Shown: positions 35,470 through 46,955, counted from the first letter of the stretch. The stretch: DNA of 64,000 bases from an uncultured Candidatus Rokubacteria bacterium (GCA_963699775.1 CAVOVE010000003.1:1975-65974); one strand, 5' to 3'. Program-made: numbers and translations. The notes: generated from the letters alone by a model not told the origin.

Positions 35470-36663
35470 CGTCTCGCCTCGCGCTCGAGCCGGTACTCGC
35501 GCTCGCCGCCGCGGTAGGCAAAGCTCGCGCCGTCGACGCCGCGCAGCTCGCGCCGGCGCAGCAGGCGGCTTTCGGCAAGGCTCTCGAGCGAGGACGGATA
35601 GGCCTGCTTCTCCAGGAAGTAGACCTCGAGCGCCAGGCGCACCCGGCGCAGGCGCACCGCGTCGACGAGAACGGCGGATTCGCGCCGGCCCTGGCCTCTG
35701 CGGAAACCCTGAGCGACGATGCCCCAGGGATTGAACAAGAACGCCACGAGCACCAGAACGACCGCGAGGGCGATGACGGCGTACTCCCGCGCCCTGTGCG
35801 CGCCGCGCCGGGGGGCCGCAGCGGGAACTGCCCGGGCCGGGGGGCCGGCCTCCCGGACGCGGATCAGGTTGAGCGACATCAGACCATAGAGGACCTTGCA
35901 GGTCTCGAACTCGCCCAAATGGCCGAGATCGATGAGATCCTGGACCGAGCGCACACCGTCGATCAGCGCCAGGACGCCGTTCTCCCGCGGACCGAGCGCT
36001 TCGCCGCCGCGCTCGAAGGAGGTCGCGGCCGGCGCGCCGGATTCCCCGTCGGCCTCGAAGTCCATCAGGTCTTCGATGCCGACCTTCGCCGGCTTCGCTG
36101 CGGCCGGCGCGCGGAGGGACGGCGGTGGCGACGCGCTCGAAAATCACCTGGAAATTCGGGATTTTCTTCTCGAGGATCGGCCACTCGTCGATCATCCGGG
36201 TCCCTTCCATCAGCACGAACTCCGCGGGGATGGGGGCGTAGATCTCCCGGTCGAACGTCACCGGCTCGGGGCTGAAGTGGTAGCTTCCCTCCTGCCAGCG
36301 GAAGAGGCGGTAGACGGACTCCTTCACCTGAAGCAGGAGGGCCTGGGTGAGCGCCTGCTGCGTTATGAGCTGCTGCCCGATCAGGACGTGCCCGAGCCGC
36401 TGCGACGTGCTCTTCTGCACCGCCATCGCCTGCTCCAGCTGCTCCTTGCTCAGGAGGCGCGTGCGCAGGAGCACGTTACCGAGACGCTCGGCCTCGGTGC
36501 GCTGGAATTCGTCGGCGAACACGACCGCGCCCTTCTCGAACGAGACCGTGACCAGCCGGCTGCCCTCGCCGCGCACGGTGAGCACGCCGGTCTTTTTCTG
36601 CAGGCCGATGAGTTGAAAAATGTCGGCCAGGCCGAAGTCCTTGAACGTCCCTTCAAGTGCCAT
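35466..36663 (-). CDS. DUF4388-domain membrane protein
   Basis: MALEGTFKDFGLADIFQLIGLQKKTGVLTV, LGNVLL, LMEGTRMIDEW; C-terminal TM and pilin-like YFLEKQAYPSSL. Confidence 0.85.
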
Positions 36664-36844
36664 CGTCGTTTAACCGTTCCCGTACGGGCTGTGGGGTCCT
36701 GTCGCTGCGGACCTCCATCGTGCTCCCTGCGGTCCGCCGATGGAGACCTCCCCTCCGCGCCACCCCGCCGCCCAGCACGTTCTGCACGGCAGATGGTTCC
36801 CGATCCGGCAACCTCCTCCAACCGTCATTACTTTATATCCCGTT

Positions 36845-38811
36845 CTAATCATCGAAGCGGATCGTTAACCAGAGGCTCAGCAGCCAGAGCACGGCGAAAC
36901 CGGCGACGCCGGCGCCGACGAACCAGGACGAGGCGGCGCTCCCCAGGCTCCACGGCGAGGGGAACTCGCCGTGACCCAGCAGCACCCGGGCCTCGAAGAA
37001 CGATGCCGGCAGCAGCAGGAGCACGCCGGGCCAGAATCTGCCGTCCGAGAGGTGGCCGCCGCCGGGTGCAAGCACCGCGCAGGCGATGTGTCGCACCCGG
37101 AGCCGCCGCCCCCAGGATTTGATGTCACTCATTTTCTGCACACGCGCCCGGGCGTCGACGCCCTCCTTCTTGACGAAGATGTGGTGACATTGCGAGCACA
37201 GATCCCCGCGCCGGCCGGGCTGGCAGCGCGGACAAAACACCCGGCCGCAGCGGTTGCACGCGGTGGCGAGCCCGCTCTTGAGCCGCCAGAATCCCAGCCC
37301 GGCCCCGAGCAGCAGAATGACCCCGACGACGGCCGGCCAGGCCCCGATCGGCGCGCCGAGCATCAGCGCCTCCCAGAGGTGTTCCGCCGCCGCCGACTGC
37401 TCCTCGCCGCTCGTCCGGGCCAGCGCCCAGAGTTCCTGCGTCCTGGAGAGCCCGTCCACGGTGTGCCCCTTGAGGCGCGTTGCGTCGAAACCGGCGTAGT
37501 AGGCCGCGGACTCGGGGTCGAGTTCGCCGGCACGCCGCATTTCGGCCTCGCTCTCGGCGAACTTGAACTCCTCGCGGTAGCGCGACGCCCAGGTTGTAGT
37601 GCGGCGCGAACTGGCGGGGGGCGAGCTCCGCCGCCTTGGTGTAGTTCGCGATCGCGCCGGTTATGTCCTTGCGGGCAAACGCGATGTTGCCCAGGTTGAG
37701 CCAGAGCACGGCGTTGCCCGGCGCCGCCTGCAGCCCGGCGCGAACCGCCGCTTCCGCCTCGTCGAAACGTCCGAGGCGCCGGGCGGCGAGGCCGAGTGCG
37801 TTCACCCCGGAGACGCCGGCAGTCGCCGCGGTCGGCCTCCCCCTTGAGAATCTCGTAGTCGGCGGCGGTCCAGTTCCCCTCGCGCACCTGCACCACCGCC
37901 TCCAGCAGCGGCCGCTCGGAGAGCGTCAGCAGCGCGGCGCGCTCTCGCACCGCCAGCGGCAGCACGAGCAGAAACGCGGCCCCCGCGGCCGCGAGACAGC
38001 GGGTCGACACCCCGAAGTACGGCCAGAGCAGCAGCCCGGCCACGATGACCCACCACCAGGGCGAAAGACCGACGAGTGCCGGCACGGCCAGCGCGCCCCA
38101 GGCGAGCACCGTGCGGACGCGCGGCGAGCCGAAGCCCATCGACTCGCGGATGTCGTGAACCAGCCGCGGGGCGGCGGCCATCCCGGCTATCGCGACGGCA
38201 ACCGCGAAAAAGAAGGCGAGCCCGCTGACCAGCGTCCCGAGCAGGTTGGCGCGCAGCCAGACCTGCAGGCGAAAGCTGCGCCCGACGGCGCGCGCGCCAT
38301 CCGAGAGCTCCTCCCAGACCGGCACGGGATTGAACGGGTTGCGGCGAAATGCCAACACGCGCCGCCGTCACGTACACCGGCAGTTCGTCCGGCGCCAGAC
38401 GACGGGCCCACCCGAGGGCCTTGGCCGCCTGGTCGAAGTCCCGGCTCTCCATCCGCCGCTCGGCTTCGCGCACGAGAACGGTGCCGTATTCGGGAAGGTT
38501 GCGCACGCCGCGGACCAGGGCCCGCTCCGAGAGAAACTGCAACTGCTGCTGCGCTTTCTCGAGTTCGCCGATCTGGAGGTACTTCTCCCGCGCAAACCAG
38601 ATCGACTCGAAATCGCCGCGGCCGACGGCGGCGGGTGCGGCCGACCCCTCCCGTGAAGGGATGACCGCGGAACTGGTCTCGTCATTGAGCATTTCGCGGG
38701 TGCGCGGCGTATCGTGCAGGAGTTCGTCGGCAACCACCGCCCCGGCCGGCGCGGCGCCGGCAAGCAGAACGGGAGAAGACCGCCGCACACGCCCATCGCC
38801 TACCAATCACC
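36845..38811 (-). CDS. TPR-containing multi-pass membrane protein with a Cys4 zinc-ribbon-like motif
   Basis: TPRs, TM helices, CNRCGRVFCPRC...CSQC; frameshifted, start approximate. Confidence 0.75.
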
Positions 38812-38851
38812 CACCGCCCCCCTTGAATGCGGGAAATACTTGAATTTTGGG

Positions 38852-38880
38852 ATTTTAGGGCCATCGCGCCGGTCTGTCAA
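38852..38880 (-). promoter_or_regulatory. sigma70 promoter of the TPR-DUF4388-GGDEF operon
   Basis: TTGACA-N17-TAAAAT on the minus strand. Confidence 0.7.
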
Positions 38881-38976
38881 ACAGCACATCCCTTCCGTCC
38901 CCATTTCTGCCGTACAATGCAGCGTTCCACAAACGGGGCGAGGCAAGACAGGACGCGGCACGGAGGGGGAATCGAC

Positions 38977-39438
38977 ATGGATGCAAAGGTGACTTTCTGC
39001 GGCGGCATGCGGTTCGTTGGGCAGGCCGACTCCGGGCACGCGGTGGTGATGGACACCACGGTCGCCGGCGGGGGCCTCGACAGCGCGGTCCGTCCCAGCG
39101 AGTTGCTGCTGATCGGGCTGGCCGGGTGCACCGGCATGGACGTGATCTCCATCCTGAGGAAGAAGCGGCAGCCGGTGACCGGCCTGGAGGTGGTGGTGCA
39201 CGCCGAGCAGGCGCCGGACCACCCGAAGCGGTTCACCGCGATGACGGTGGAGTACCGGGTCAGCGGGGCGGGCGTCGACCCGGCCGCGGTGCGCCGGGCG
39301 ATCGAACTGTCGGAGGCCACCTACTGCTCGGTGGGGACGACGCTCAAGATCCCGGTGTCGGTCACGAGCACGTTCACGATGGTCGACGACAAACGGGTCG
39401 TAGGGGCGGGATTCATTCCCGCCCGCGGATCGCCGTGA
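38977..39438 (+). CDS. OsmC/YhfA family protein
   Basis: RPSELLLIGLAGCTGMDVISIL...YCSV; GGAGG SD. Confidence 0.9.
   Translation: MDAKVTFCGGMRFVGQADSGHAVVMDTTVAGGGLDSAVRPSELLLIGLAGCTGMDVISILRKKRQPVTGLEVVVHAEQAPDHPKRFTAMTVEYRVSGAGVDPAAVRRAIELSEATYCSVGTTLKIPVSVTSTFTMVDDKRVVGAGFIPARGSP
39400..39428 (+). repeat. GTAG-type REP inside the 3' end of the OsmC gene
   Basis: GTAGGGGCGGGATTCATTCCCGCCCGCGG, the exact reverse complement of 4284-4312. Confidence 0.85.
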
Positions 39439-39441
39439 GCC

Positions 39442-41094
39442 CTAATATCGCCGGAGGGTGACCCGCTGCACCGGGCCGAATTCGTCGAAGCCCGCCAGCG
39501 CCGCCTCCTCGCCGACCACGACCATCGACATCGCGTCCGGGTGAAGAAAGCGGCCGGCGACGGCGCGAACATCCTCGAGGCTGACCGCCTCGACCCGGTC
39601 GCGATAGCGCTCGAGGAAGTCCTCCGGGAACCCGTCGTAGGCGAAGCCCATCCGCTGGGCGACAACCTCGCGGGTGCCGTCGACCGAGAAGATCAGGTTG
39701 TTCACGATGGCGTCCTTGGCCTGGCGCAGCTCCGCCGCGCTCACGCCCTCGGCGCCGACGCGCTCGATGATGCCGCGCATCAGCCGCGCCGCCTCGAGCG
39801 CGCTCGCGCTCTTCGTCATGCAGTAGGCGCCGAAGACCCCGTAGCCGACGTCGCCGCGGTAGAAGCTGCCGACGCTGTAGGCGAGCCCGCGGTCGGAGCG
39901 GATCTCGCTCGTGAGCCGGGAGGTGAACCCGGACCCGCCGAGGATGTAGTTCGAGCACGGAAAAGGCGAAGTAATTCGGGTGAATCCTTCGGCGGCGCCA
40001 GGTGCCCCATGACGATCGTCGCCTGGGACAGCATCCTTGTCGGCGAGGAAGACGCCGGCCCGCGGCGGCCGCGTCGGGACCGGGAAGCCGGGCGCCGGCG
40101 CGCCCGCGGGCCGCCAGTCGCCGAAGTGCCGGCGCACGAGGGCGAGGAGTTGCTCCTCGTCGAAGAGCCCGCTGACGCCGAGCATGGTGCGGTCCGGGAA
40201 GAACGAGCGCGCGTGAAAGTCGACGAGATCCTCACGGGTGATCGCGGCGGCCATCTCCGGGGTGGACTGGCGCCCGCGCGGGTCGTCCCCGTAGACCGCG
40301 GTGCGGAACTCGCGAAAGGCGATCGCGTCCGGTTCGTCGTTGCTCCGGCGGATCTCCTCGATCTTGCGCCGCTTGACCCGCTCGACCTCGGCGGGGTCGA
40401 AGACCGGGGTGCGCAGCACGTCCGCGAGCAGCTCGATCCCGACCGCCAGGTCGGGGGCGAGCACCGAGAGCGACGCGGTGCCGGACTGGCGGCCGATGCC
40501 GGTCTCGAGGACGGCCCCCAGGGATTCGAGCCGCTCGTTGAGCTGCGGGCCGGTGTGGCGCGCCGTGCCGCCGGTGCGCATGACGCGCCCGGTGATCTCG
40601 GCGAGATCGACCTTGTCCGCCGGCTCGAGGACCGCGCCGGTGCGCACGAGCGCCTGCACGGTGACCAGCGGCACCTCGGGGTCGCGCAGCAGGAACAGGA
40701 CGAGCCCGTTCTCGAGCACGACGCGCTTCGGCTGCGGCGGCGCGAGCGGCAGGGTCGGAAAGTGCATCGTCCGCGGGTCCGGGGCCGGGGGTCCGGTAGC
40801 GCACGCCCCGAGCGCAAACAGAGCAACGAGCGCCATCACAGCTGCTGCAGCAGTTCGTGACCACAATCCACCGGCGAAGCGGCTGGGGCGTACCTGAGGG
40901 AAGATGCGCGGAGCAGCCGTGAAGCCCGGCGCGGTGACCGGTGCGGTCCCACAGGGACGCAGGCTCGTTGTTTGAGCCGAAGGCGAGTTACGAGACTGCG
41001 AGCACCGGGCACCGTGACGGGTAGGCTGCGCAGACGCACGACCGAAGGGACGCCCCCGCCGCCTCGCACGCGCGGACAGCATTTTACCGCGCAT
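39442..41094 (-). CDS. M16 (pitrilysin) family peptidase, non-catalytic subunit; probable lipoprotein
   Basis: LFALGAC lipobox, LENGL, ILGGSGFTSRL..EIRSDRGLAYSV; no HXXEH. The true start may lie nearer 40840-40870. Confidence 0.85.
   Translation of the reverse strand: MRGKMLSARARRRGRPFGRASAQPTRHGARCSQSRNSPSAQTTSLRPCGTAPVTAPGFTAAPRIFPQVRPSRFAGGLWSRTAAAAVMALVALFALGACATGPPAPDPRTMHFPTLPLAPPQPKRVVLENGLVLFLLRDPEVPLVTVQALVRTGAVLEPADKVDLAEITGRVMRTGGTARHTGPQLNERLESLGAVLETGIGRQSGTASLSVLAPDLAVGIELLADVLRTPVFDPAEVERVKRRKIEEIRRSNDEPDAIAFREFRTAVYGDDPRGRQSTPEMAAAITREDLVDFHARSFFPDRTMLGVSGLFDEEQLLALVRRHFGDWRPAGAPAPGFPVPTRPPRAGVFLADKDAVPGDDRHGAPGAAEGFTRITSPFPCSNYILGGSGFTSRLTSEIRSDRGLAYSVGSFYRGDVGYGVFGAYCMTKSASALEAARLMRGIIERVGAEGVSAAELRQAKDAIVNNLIFSVDGTREVVAQRMGFAYDGFPEDFLERYRDRVEAVSLEDVRAVAGRFLHPDAMSMVVVGEEAALAGFDEFGPVQRVTLRRY
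40917..41025. repeat. About 110-bp multi-stem palindromic element
   Basis: Nested inverted repeats CGGTGACCGGTGC/GCACCGGGCACCG and CGCAGGCTCGT/ACGAGACTGCG around TGTTTGAGCCGAAGGCGAGTT. Confidence 0.6.
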
Positions 41095-42645
41095 CCGTCG
41101 TCTCCTTCCGCGTCTCGATCACCGCGACGGTGCGGTTCTCCTTGCGCAGGTACTTCGCCGCCACCGCCTGGATGTCCGCCGGGGTGATCGTCTCGAGCTG
41201 CGCCAGGTGCGTCGTCAGATAGCGCCAGTCGCCGGCCAAGCGTCTCGTAGTAGGCGAGCGTCGAGGCCAGCCCCTCGTTCGACTGGAGGCCGCGGATCAG
41301 GCTCGGCGCGCAGCTGGTTCTTCACCCGCGAGATCTCCTCGGGGGCCGCCGGCTCGTCGGCCAGTCGCGCCAGTTCGGCGTCGATCTCGGCCTCGACCTC
41401 GGCCGCGGTGTGCGGCGCGCGCGGGGTGGCCAGGACCGTGAAGAGGTTCGCGTACCGCCCGCCGGGATAGCCGTTGACCGTGGCGACGCTCACGGCGACC
41501 TGCTTCTCCTCGACGAGGCGCCGGTACAGCCGCGACGTGCGGCCGGTGGTCAGCAGCCCGTCGATCAGATCGAAGACGTAGTCCTCGAAGGTCGGCAGCG
41601 TCGGCTTGTGATACCCGATCATCAGCTCCGGCCGGGCGTCGCTCACGAGCGTGACGCGGCGCTCACCGCTCTGCTCGGGCTCGGGGGTCGCCGTCTCGGC
41701 GGGCAGCGGTTGCGCGGGGATCGGGCCGAAGGCCGCTCGCACCAGAGCGAGGAAGGCGGGCGGGTCCACGTCCCCGACGACGGCGAGCACGGTGTTGTTC
41801 GGGGCGTACCAGGTGCGGAAGAAACGCTCGGCGTCGGGCGCGCGCAGGAAGCCGCACGTCCCCGTCCCAGCCGATGACCGGGCGGCGATAGGGGTGCGCG
41901 ATGAACGCGGAGGCGAAGAACAGCTCCATGAGCTTGCGCGACGGGTCGCTCTCGTAGCTCTGGCGGCGCTCCTCGCGGACCACCTCGCGCTCGGAGTAGA
42001 ACTCGCGCATCACCGGCTCGCGCAGCCGCTCGGACTCGATGCGCGCCCACAGCGGCAGCCGGTTGGCGGGCAGGCTGATCTTGTAGGTGGTGACGTCGAC
42101 GCCGGTGCTGGCGTTGAAATCCTGCGAACCGTTGGCGGTGTAGATCGCGTCGATCTCGTCCTTGACGACGAGCGCGCGCGCCTCCCGCTGCGCCCCGACC
42201 AGGCGGGCTTCGAGGGCGGCGAGCCTCGCCGGGTCGCCGCCGGGGCCCTTGCCGGCGCTCGGCGTCCAGGTCGTCGACGATCGCCTCGATCCGCGCGAGC
42301 AGCGGGCGCTCGGCCGCCCAGTCGCGCGTCCCGAGCGTGCGCGTGCCCTTGAACATCATGTGCTCGAGCAGGTGCGCGAGACCGCTGGCCCCTTCGGCCT
42401 CCTGGGCGGCGCCGACGCGAAACTGCATCGAGAGCGAGACCGTCGGGAGACTGGTGCCGCGGCAGCACGATGACGCGCATCCCGTTGGGGAGCGTCTCCT
42501 CGACGACCCGCGACTCCAGATCGGCCATCTCCCCGGCGCAGGCGACGGTCGCGACCGAGGCGACCAGCCCGACGCAGAGCGCGGCAACCAGCAACCCCGC
42601 GGCGACACGCACCCTGCCCCGACGCGCGAACCCTTTTCTCACCCG
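41084..42645 (-). CDS. M16 family zinc peptidase, catalytic subunit
   Basis: LPNGMRV, GLAHLLEHMMFKGT (HXXEH), FYSEREVVREERR, HPYRRPVIGW; frameshifted. Confidence 0.9.
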
Positions 42646-42907
42646 GACACCCTCCCCATGATCGTCGCACTTTGGATGCCACCGCATTGAATAGAGTTCC
42701 CGCCTGCTCGTCAAGGAACGCCGGGTTCGTCGCGGAAATGCGCGGCGGTCGACCGCCGGAACGCCGGGTCGGGCACGGGTCGCGGCGCGCATACCGCCGT
42801 CATTGACAAACCCCCGGACCGACTTGATCATGGCCGCACGTCAGTGCGAAAGCCCGCATGGTGCGTCGCACCAGCCTTCCGCTGACGGGCGGGAGGTGAA
42901 GGATATC

Positions 42908-44518
42908 GTGAACTATCAGACGGTGAACATCGTCAAAATGATCCTGGCCGTTCTGCTCCTGGTCTTGCTCATCGTGGGCCGACAACTCACGAAACGCGCG
43001 ACGCCGGACCCGGCCGGCAACAACCCCCGGCTGCCGCGGGCCTTCCGGGTCGCGCTCGCGGGCCTGGCGGTGCTCGCCATGGCAAACTTCTCCCACTTCG
43101 GTTATTTCCACACCAAGTACCTCGATTTCGGCTGGCTGGACAAGCGGGCGTTTCTCCACCTCTGGGAACTCTACCATTATTACACCGGCGCCAAATATTT
43201 TGACGAACTGGGCTACTACAACCTGTACAACGCCACGATTGCCGCGGACGCCGAAGATGGCGGACGCCTCTCCGGCGTGACTCGGGTCCGGGACCTCAGC
43301 GCCGTCGGCTTTCTCTCACGGGATCAGATCCTGTCCCGCTCCCCGCTTTACAAGGCCCGGTTCTCTCCCCGACGCTGGCAGGCCTTCACCGCTGATGTGC
43401 GCTATTTCACGGAGCGGATCCCCCCGGAGGCGATGGCGAAAGTCCTGCTCGACCACGGTTACAACCCCTCGCCGGCCTGGAACACCACCGGCAGTTTTCT
43501 GGCCAACTTGGTTCCGGTGGAGCGACTGACTTTTCTCGCCCTGATCGACGTCGTGTTCCTCATCGCCATCGTGGTCGTCCTCGGATCATCCTTCGGGGTC
43601 GAGACGGCACTGGTGGCAATGGCTTTCTTCGGGATCAACGCGTTTTCCCCTTTCTCGATGACGGGCGGGGCGTTCTTGCGTTACGACTGGCTTCTCGCGC
43701 TCGTCGTCTCCCTGTGCCTTCTCCAGCGGCGACACTATGCAGGCGCCGGTTTTTTCCTGTCCTACGCGGCACTCGTGAGAATTTTTCCCGTGCTCTTCCT
43801 GGCCGGTCTGGCCTGCAAAGCGGCCTACGAGACCGCACGGGACCGGGCCCTGCCGCCGCGCTACGTCCGATTGTTCGTCTCTTTCCTCCTCGCGTCGATC
43901 CTGTTCGGCGGCTACGGAGGTCTCTCCCGACAGGGCCTCGACACCTGGAAGGAGTTTGCCGGGAGGATTTCCGCACACCACCACAACCTCGCCGCCAACA
44001 GAGTGGGTTTCACCATGGTCTTCTTATACGACGAAACCTGGGAGGACCCGATCAGCTTTGCCATGGCCTACGGTTCGACCGGAGCGGATGCCGAGGCGGT
44101 CGTGAACAAGGTCAAGAGCGCCGAGGCCAGGGACCGGCGGGCGGCCTTTCTGCTCTTCTCCCTGTCGGTCCTGGCGCTCTGGGCGTTCGCCGTGGTCGGA
44201 CGCCCGGACGCTGAAGCTCTGGCGTGGGGGGCCGTCCCGGTGTTCATGTTCCTCAGCCTCAGCAACTATTACTACGCGTTCCTCATCATCAACGCTGTGG
44301 TGTGGTACCGCGACGCAGGACGCCGCGCGGCCCCCCTGGTGCTGCTGGGCGCCATGCAGGTTCTCGTGCTGTGGATCGAGATTTCCGTCGACTATCCCCT
44401 GCGGGCCACGGCCCTCTCCTCGCTGACCTTCTTCCTCTTCGTGCTGACGCTCCTCTTCTTCGAGTTGATCGGAAATCGGCAACGGATCGGGCGCCGGCTC
44501 GCCGCCGCTGAAAACTGA
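42908..44518 (+). CDS. Multi-pass membrane protein, possibly GT-C (GT87/DUF2029-like) glycosyltransferase
   Basis: Intact ORF with about 10-12 TMs; WELYHYYTGAKYFDELGYYNLY, DHGYNPSP, GGAFLRYDW, RIFP. Confidence 0.6.
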   Translation: MNYQTVNIVKMILAVLLLVLLIVGRQLTKRATPDPAGNNPRLPRAFRVALAGLAVLAMANFSHFGYFHTKYLDFGWLDKRAFLHLWELYHYYTGAKYFDELGYYNLYNATIAADAEDGGRLSGVTRVRDLSAVGFLSRDQILSRSPLYKARFSPRRWQAFTADVRYFTERIPPEAMAKVLLDHGYNPSPAWNTTGSFLANLVPVERLTFLALIDVVFLIAIVVVLGSSFGVETALVAMAFFGINAFSPFSMTGGAFLRYDWLLALVVSLCLLQRRHYAGAGFFLSYAALVRIFPVLFLAGLACKAAYETARDRALPPRYVRLFVSFLLASILFGGYGGLSRQGLDTWKEFAGRISAHHHNLAANRVGFTMVFLYDETWEDPISFAMAYGSTGADAEAVVNKVKSAEARDRRAAFLLFSLSVLALWAFAVVGRPDAEALAWGAVPVFMFLSLSNYYYAFLIINAVVWYRDAGRRAAPLVLLGAMQVLVLWIEISVDYPLRATALSSLTFFLFVLTLLFFELIGNRQRIGRRLAAAEN

Positions 44519-44597
44519 CCCGACGCAGTAAACGCGAGGCACGGCGCGACATCGTGCGCAGCGGCCGTGCCGAACAGCCCGCGCCGTTCCGCACGAC

Positions 44598-46704
44598 TCA
44601 GGTACCGCGACTGCTGCCAGTGGAACAGCCGACCGAGAGCATCAGCACCAGCAGGGTCAGCCCGACGCACGAGCGCGATCATGCCGAAGATCCTGGAGGC
44701 CTTGTACTGCCAGGGCAGCACGTGCATCCCCATCTGCTTCTCCAGCTCGCCGGAGGCCACGAGCCGCTCGTACTCCAGCGGCCGCTCGTGCTTGAGTTCG
44801 TCCAGGTGCACCCGGCCGGTGAAGATCACGAAGTCCATCGGGAACTTCTCGGGCCGCAGGTGGCTGTTGAAGAAGTGGATCGCGAAGATGAAGCCGGTGG
44901 CGAGGATCGCCTCGTCGGAGTGGATGATCATCGCGATGTTGAAGGCCCACCCCGGCAGCAGCTTCGCCGCGAACGCCGGGAACCAGAGCACGAGCCCCGA
45001 GACCCCGATCATCCCGACTCCCCAGAAGACCGCCCAGTAGTCGAACTTCTCCCAGTACGTGTAGCGGTCGTACTTCGGGCGCGGCCCGAGCGCCGAGGAA
45101 CCACTTGATCGTGCCGATCAGGTCCTCGAGGTCCTTGAGCTGCGGCACCATCGAGCCGGGCCCCCAGAAGAGCCCCTGCTCGCCCCGGAAGATGCGGCGC
45201 AGCAGGCGAGCCGAGGTGCAGCGCGAAGTAGGCGAAGGTCACGACGCCCATCATGCGGTGCACGAAGCCGGCCGTCTCGAAGCCGCCGAGGAACGAGGCG
45301 AGCGTCTTGGCCCACGGCGTGTAGCTGAACTTCAGCGGGATGCCGGTCATCGCCAGCGTCAGGAAGCTGACGATGATCATGAAGTGCAGCGTGCGCTCGA
45401 AGAGGCGGAAGCGCCAGACCATCTTCTCCTCGGTGATCCGCAGCGGCGGCGCCTTCTGCTTCTCCTTGAGCGAGCGGATCAGCCAGAGCAGCGTGTGCAG
45501 GCCGAAGAAGCCGAAGGTGCCGAAGAGCAGCGCCGGTCATCGTGTAGAAGGTGTAGAAGAGGATCGGGTAGTTCGCGCGGTCCTTGTGGTCGCCGTGGGG
45601 CATGTACTTGGTGAAGTTCTCGTTCGCGCGTCGGGTGGCACTTGCGGCAGGTCTGGACCTTGTTCGCGCCGGCCGCGAGCATCGACTTCGGGTCCTGGCT
45701 CCGGCAGGATGTTGTGCGAGCCGTGGCAGTCGCTGCAGCGGGCGACCTTGGCGTAGCCGAGGCTCGTGACCTGCCCGTGGTAGGTCTCGCGGTAGGTGTC
45801 GAGCGGTCGGCGTGGCAGGTGCCGCACTCCTCGAGGTTGTGCAGCTTCCAGTCGTCGCTCGGTGATGCGGACGATCGCTGTGCGAGTGGTGGCAGACGGT
45901 GCAGGTCGGCGCCCCCTTGCCGTTCGGGAGCTTCGCGCCGGAGTCGAGCGCCTTGCCGTGCACGCTCTCGTTGAACTGGTCGAGCACGCCGGTGTGGCAG
46001 CCGCCGCAGGTCGTGCGGATGTTCTCGTAGTTGATCTTGCGACTTCGGGTCGGTGTGCGGCAGGATGTCGTGGGTGCCGTGGCAGTCGTTGCAGACCGCC
46101 GAGACGACGAGGCCGGACTTGAGCAGCGCGCGGCCGTGGACGCTCTGCTTGTAGCGGCTGTAGGCGTCGGCGACCGGGATGTCGTACTTCGCGGCGATGT
46201 TGGCCTTCTTGATCGGTCCAGTTGCCGTGGCAGGTGCCGCAGGTCTCGACCAGGTTCAGCGGGTAGACCATGCGAGCGCGCGTCCTTCGGCGGGAAGATG
46301 TTGTGCATGCCGTGGCAGTCGGGGCAGGAGGCGACGTCCTTGTTGCCGGCCGCCTGCGCCGTGCCGTGGATGCTCTTGGCGTAGACCGCCTGGACCTCGT
46401 CGTGGCACTGCGAGCAGTCGACCTTCGCCAGCGGCGCGTCGTGCGGGACGTCCTTGACGTCGCCGTGGCAGTCGGTGCAGTCCAGGTCGGCGTGCACGGT
46501 CTGATCGAAGAGCTTCTCGTCGACCGTCGGCCCATCCGACCCGTCGTGGCACTCGAAGCAGTCCGTGCGGTCCACGGCGGCGGCCGGCGCGGGCGACGCG
46601 CACCAGGCGAGCGTGAAGAGTGCGACAAGGAGTGCGGTTGACCAGGCGCGAACTCCCGGGGCACTGCGCGCCCCTCGTGCTTCCGAAGCTTTCTGCATCT
46701 GCAT
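44598..46704 (-). CDS. CbcL-like fused multiheme cytochrome c / cytochrome b
   Basis: Signal peptide and 11 CxxCH motifs across frames, followed by a b-type membrane domain (ERTLHF, FVHRMMG, YTYWEKFDYWAVFWG, IHSDEAILA, IHFFNSHLRPEKFPMD). Confidence 0.9.
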
Positions 46705-46955
46705 CCCCCCTGCGTGCGTATGCCTCAGTTGCGCTGCCAACGAGCGAATCATCGCGAAAAACGCCGAAATCGTTGCACATTCAAACATTACCTGTCAAGA
46801 ATGAAAATGATTTCCTTTTTATTTTCTGGGATTACACGCTCGTGCTAACCTTGACGCCACCGCCCGGGGACGCATTCAAACATTAGCCCCCTCTCTCCGC
46901 TCATCGCCGCAGACCTGCGAGTCGGGCACTCGCCGACTTCCCACAGACGAGCGCC

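Noticed and set aside
32249-35578. 1109-aa GAF-GGDEF-HD-GYP fusion
   Set aside because: The GGDEF motif is in another frame that stops at 34024, overlapping the GTG start of the HD-GYP gene, so these are two genes.
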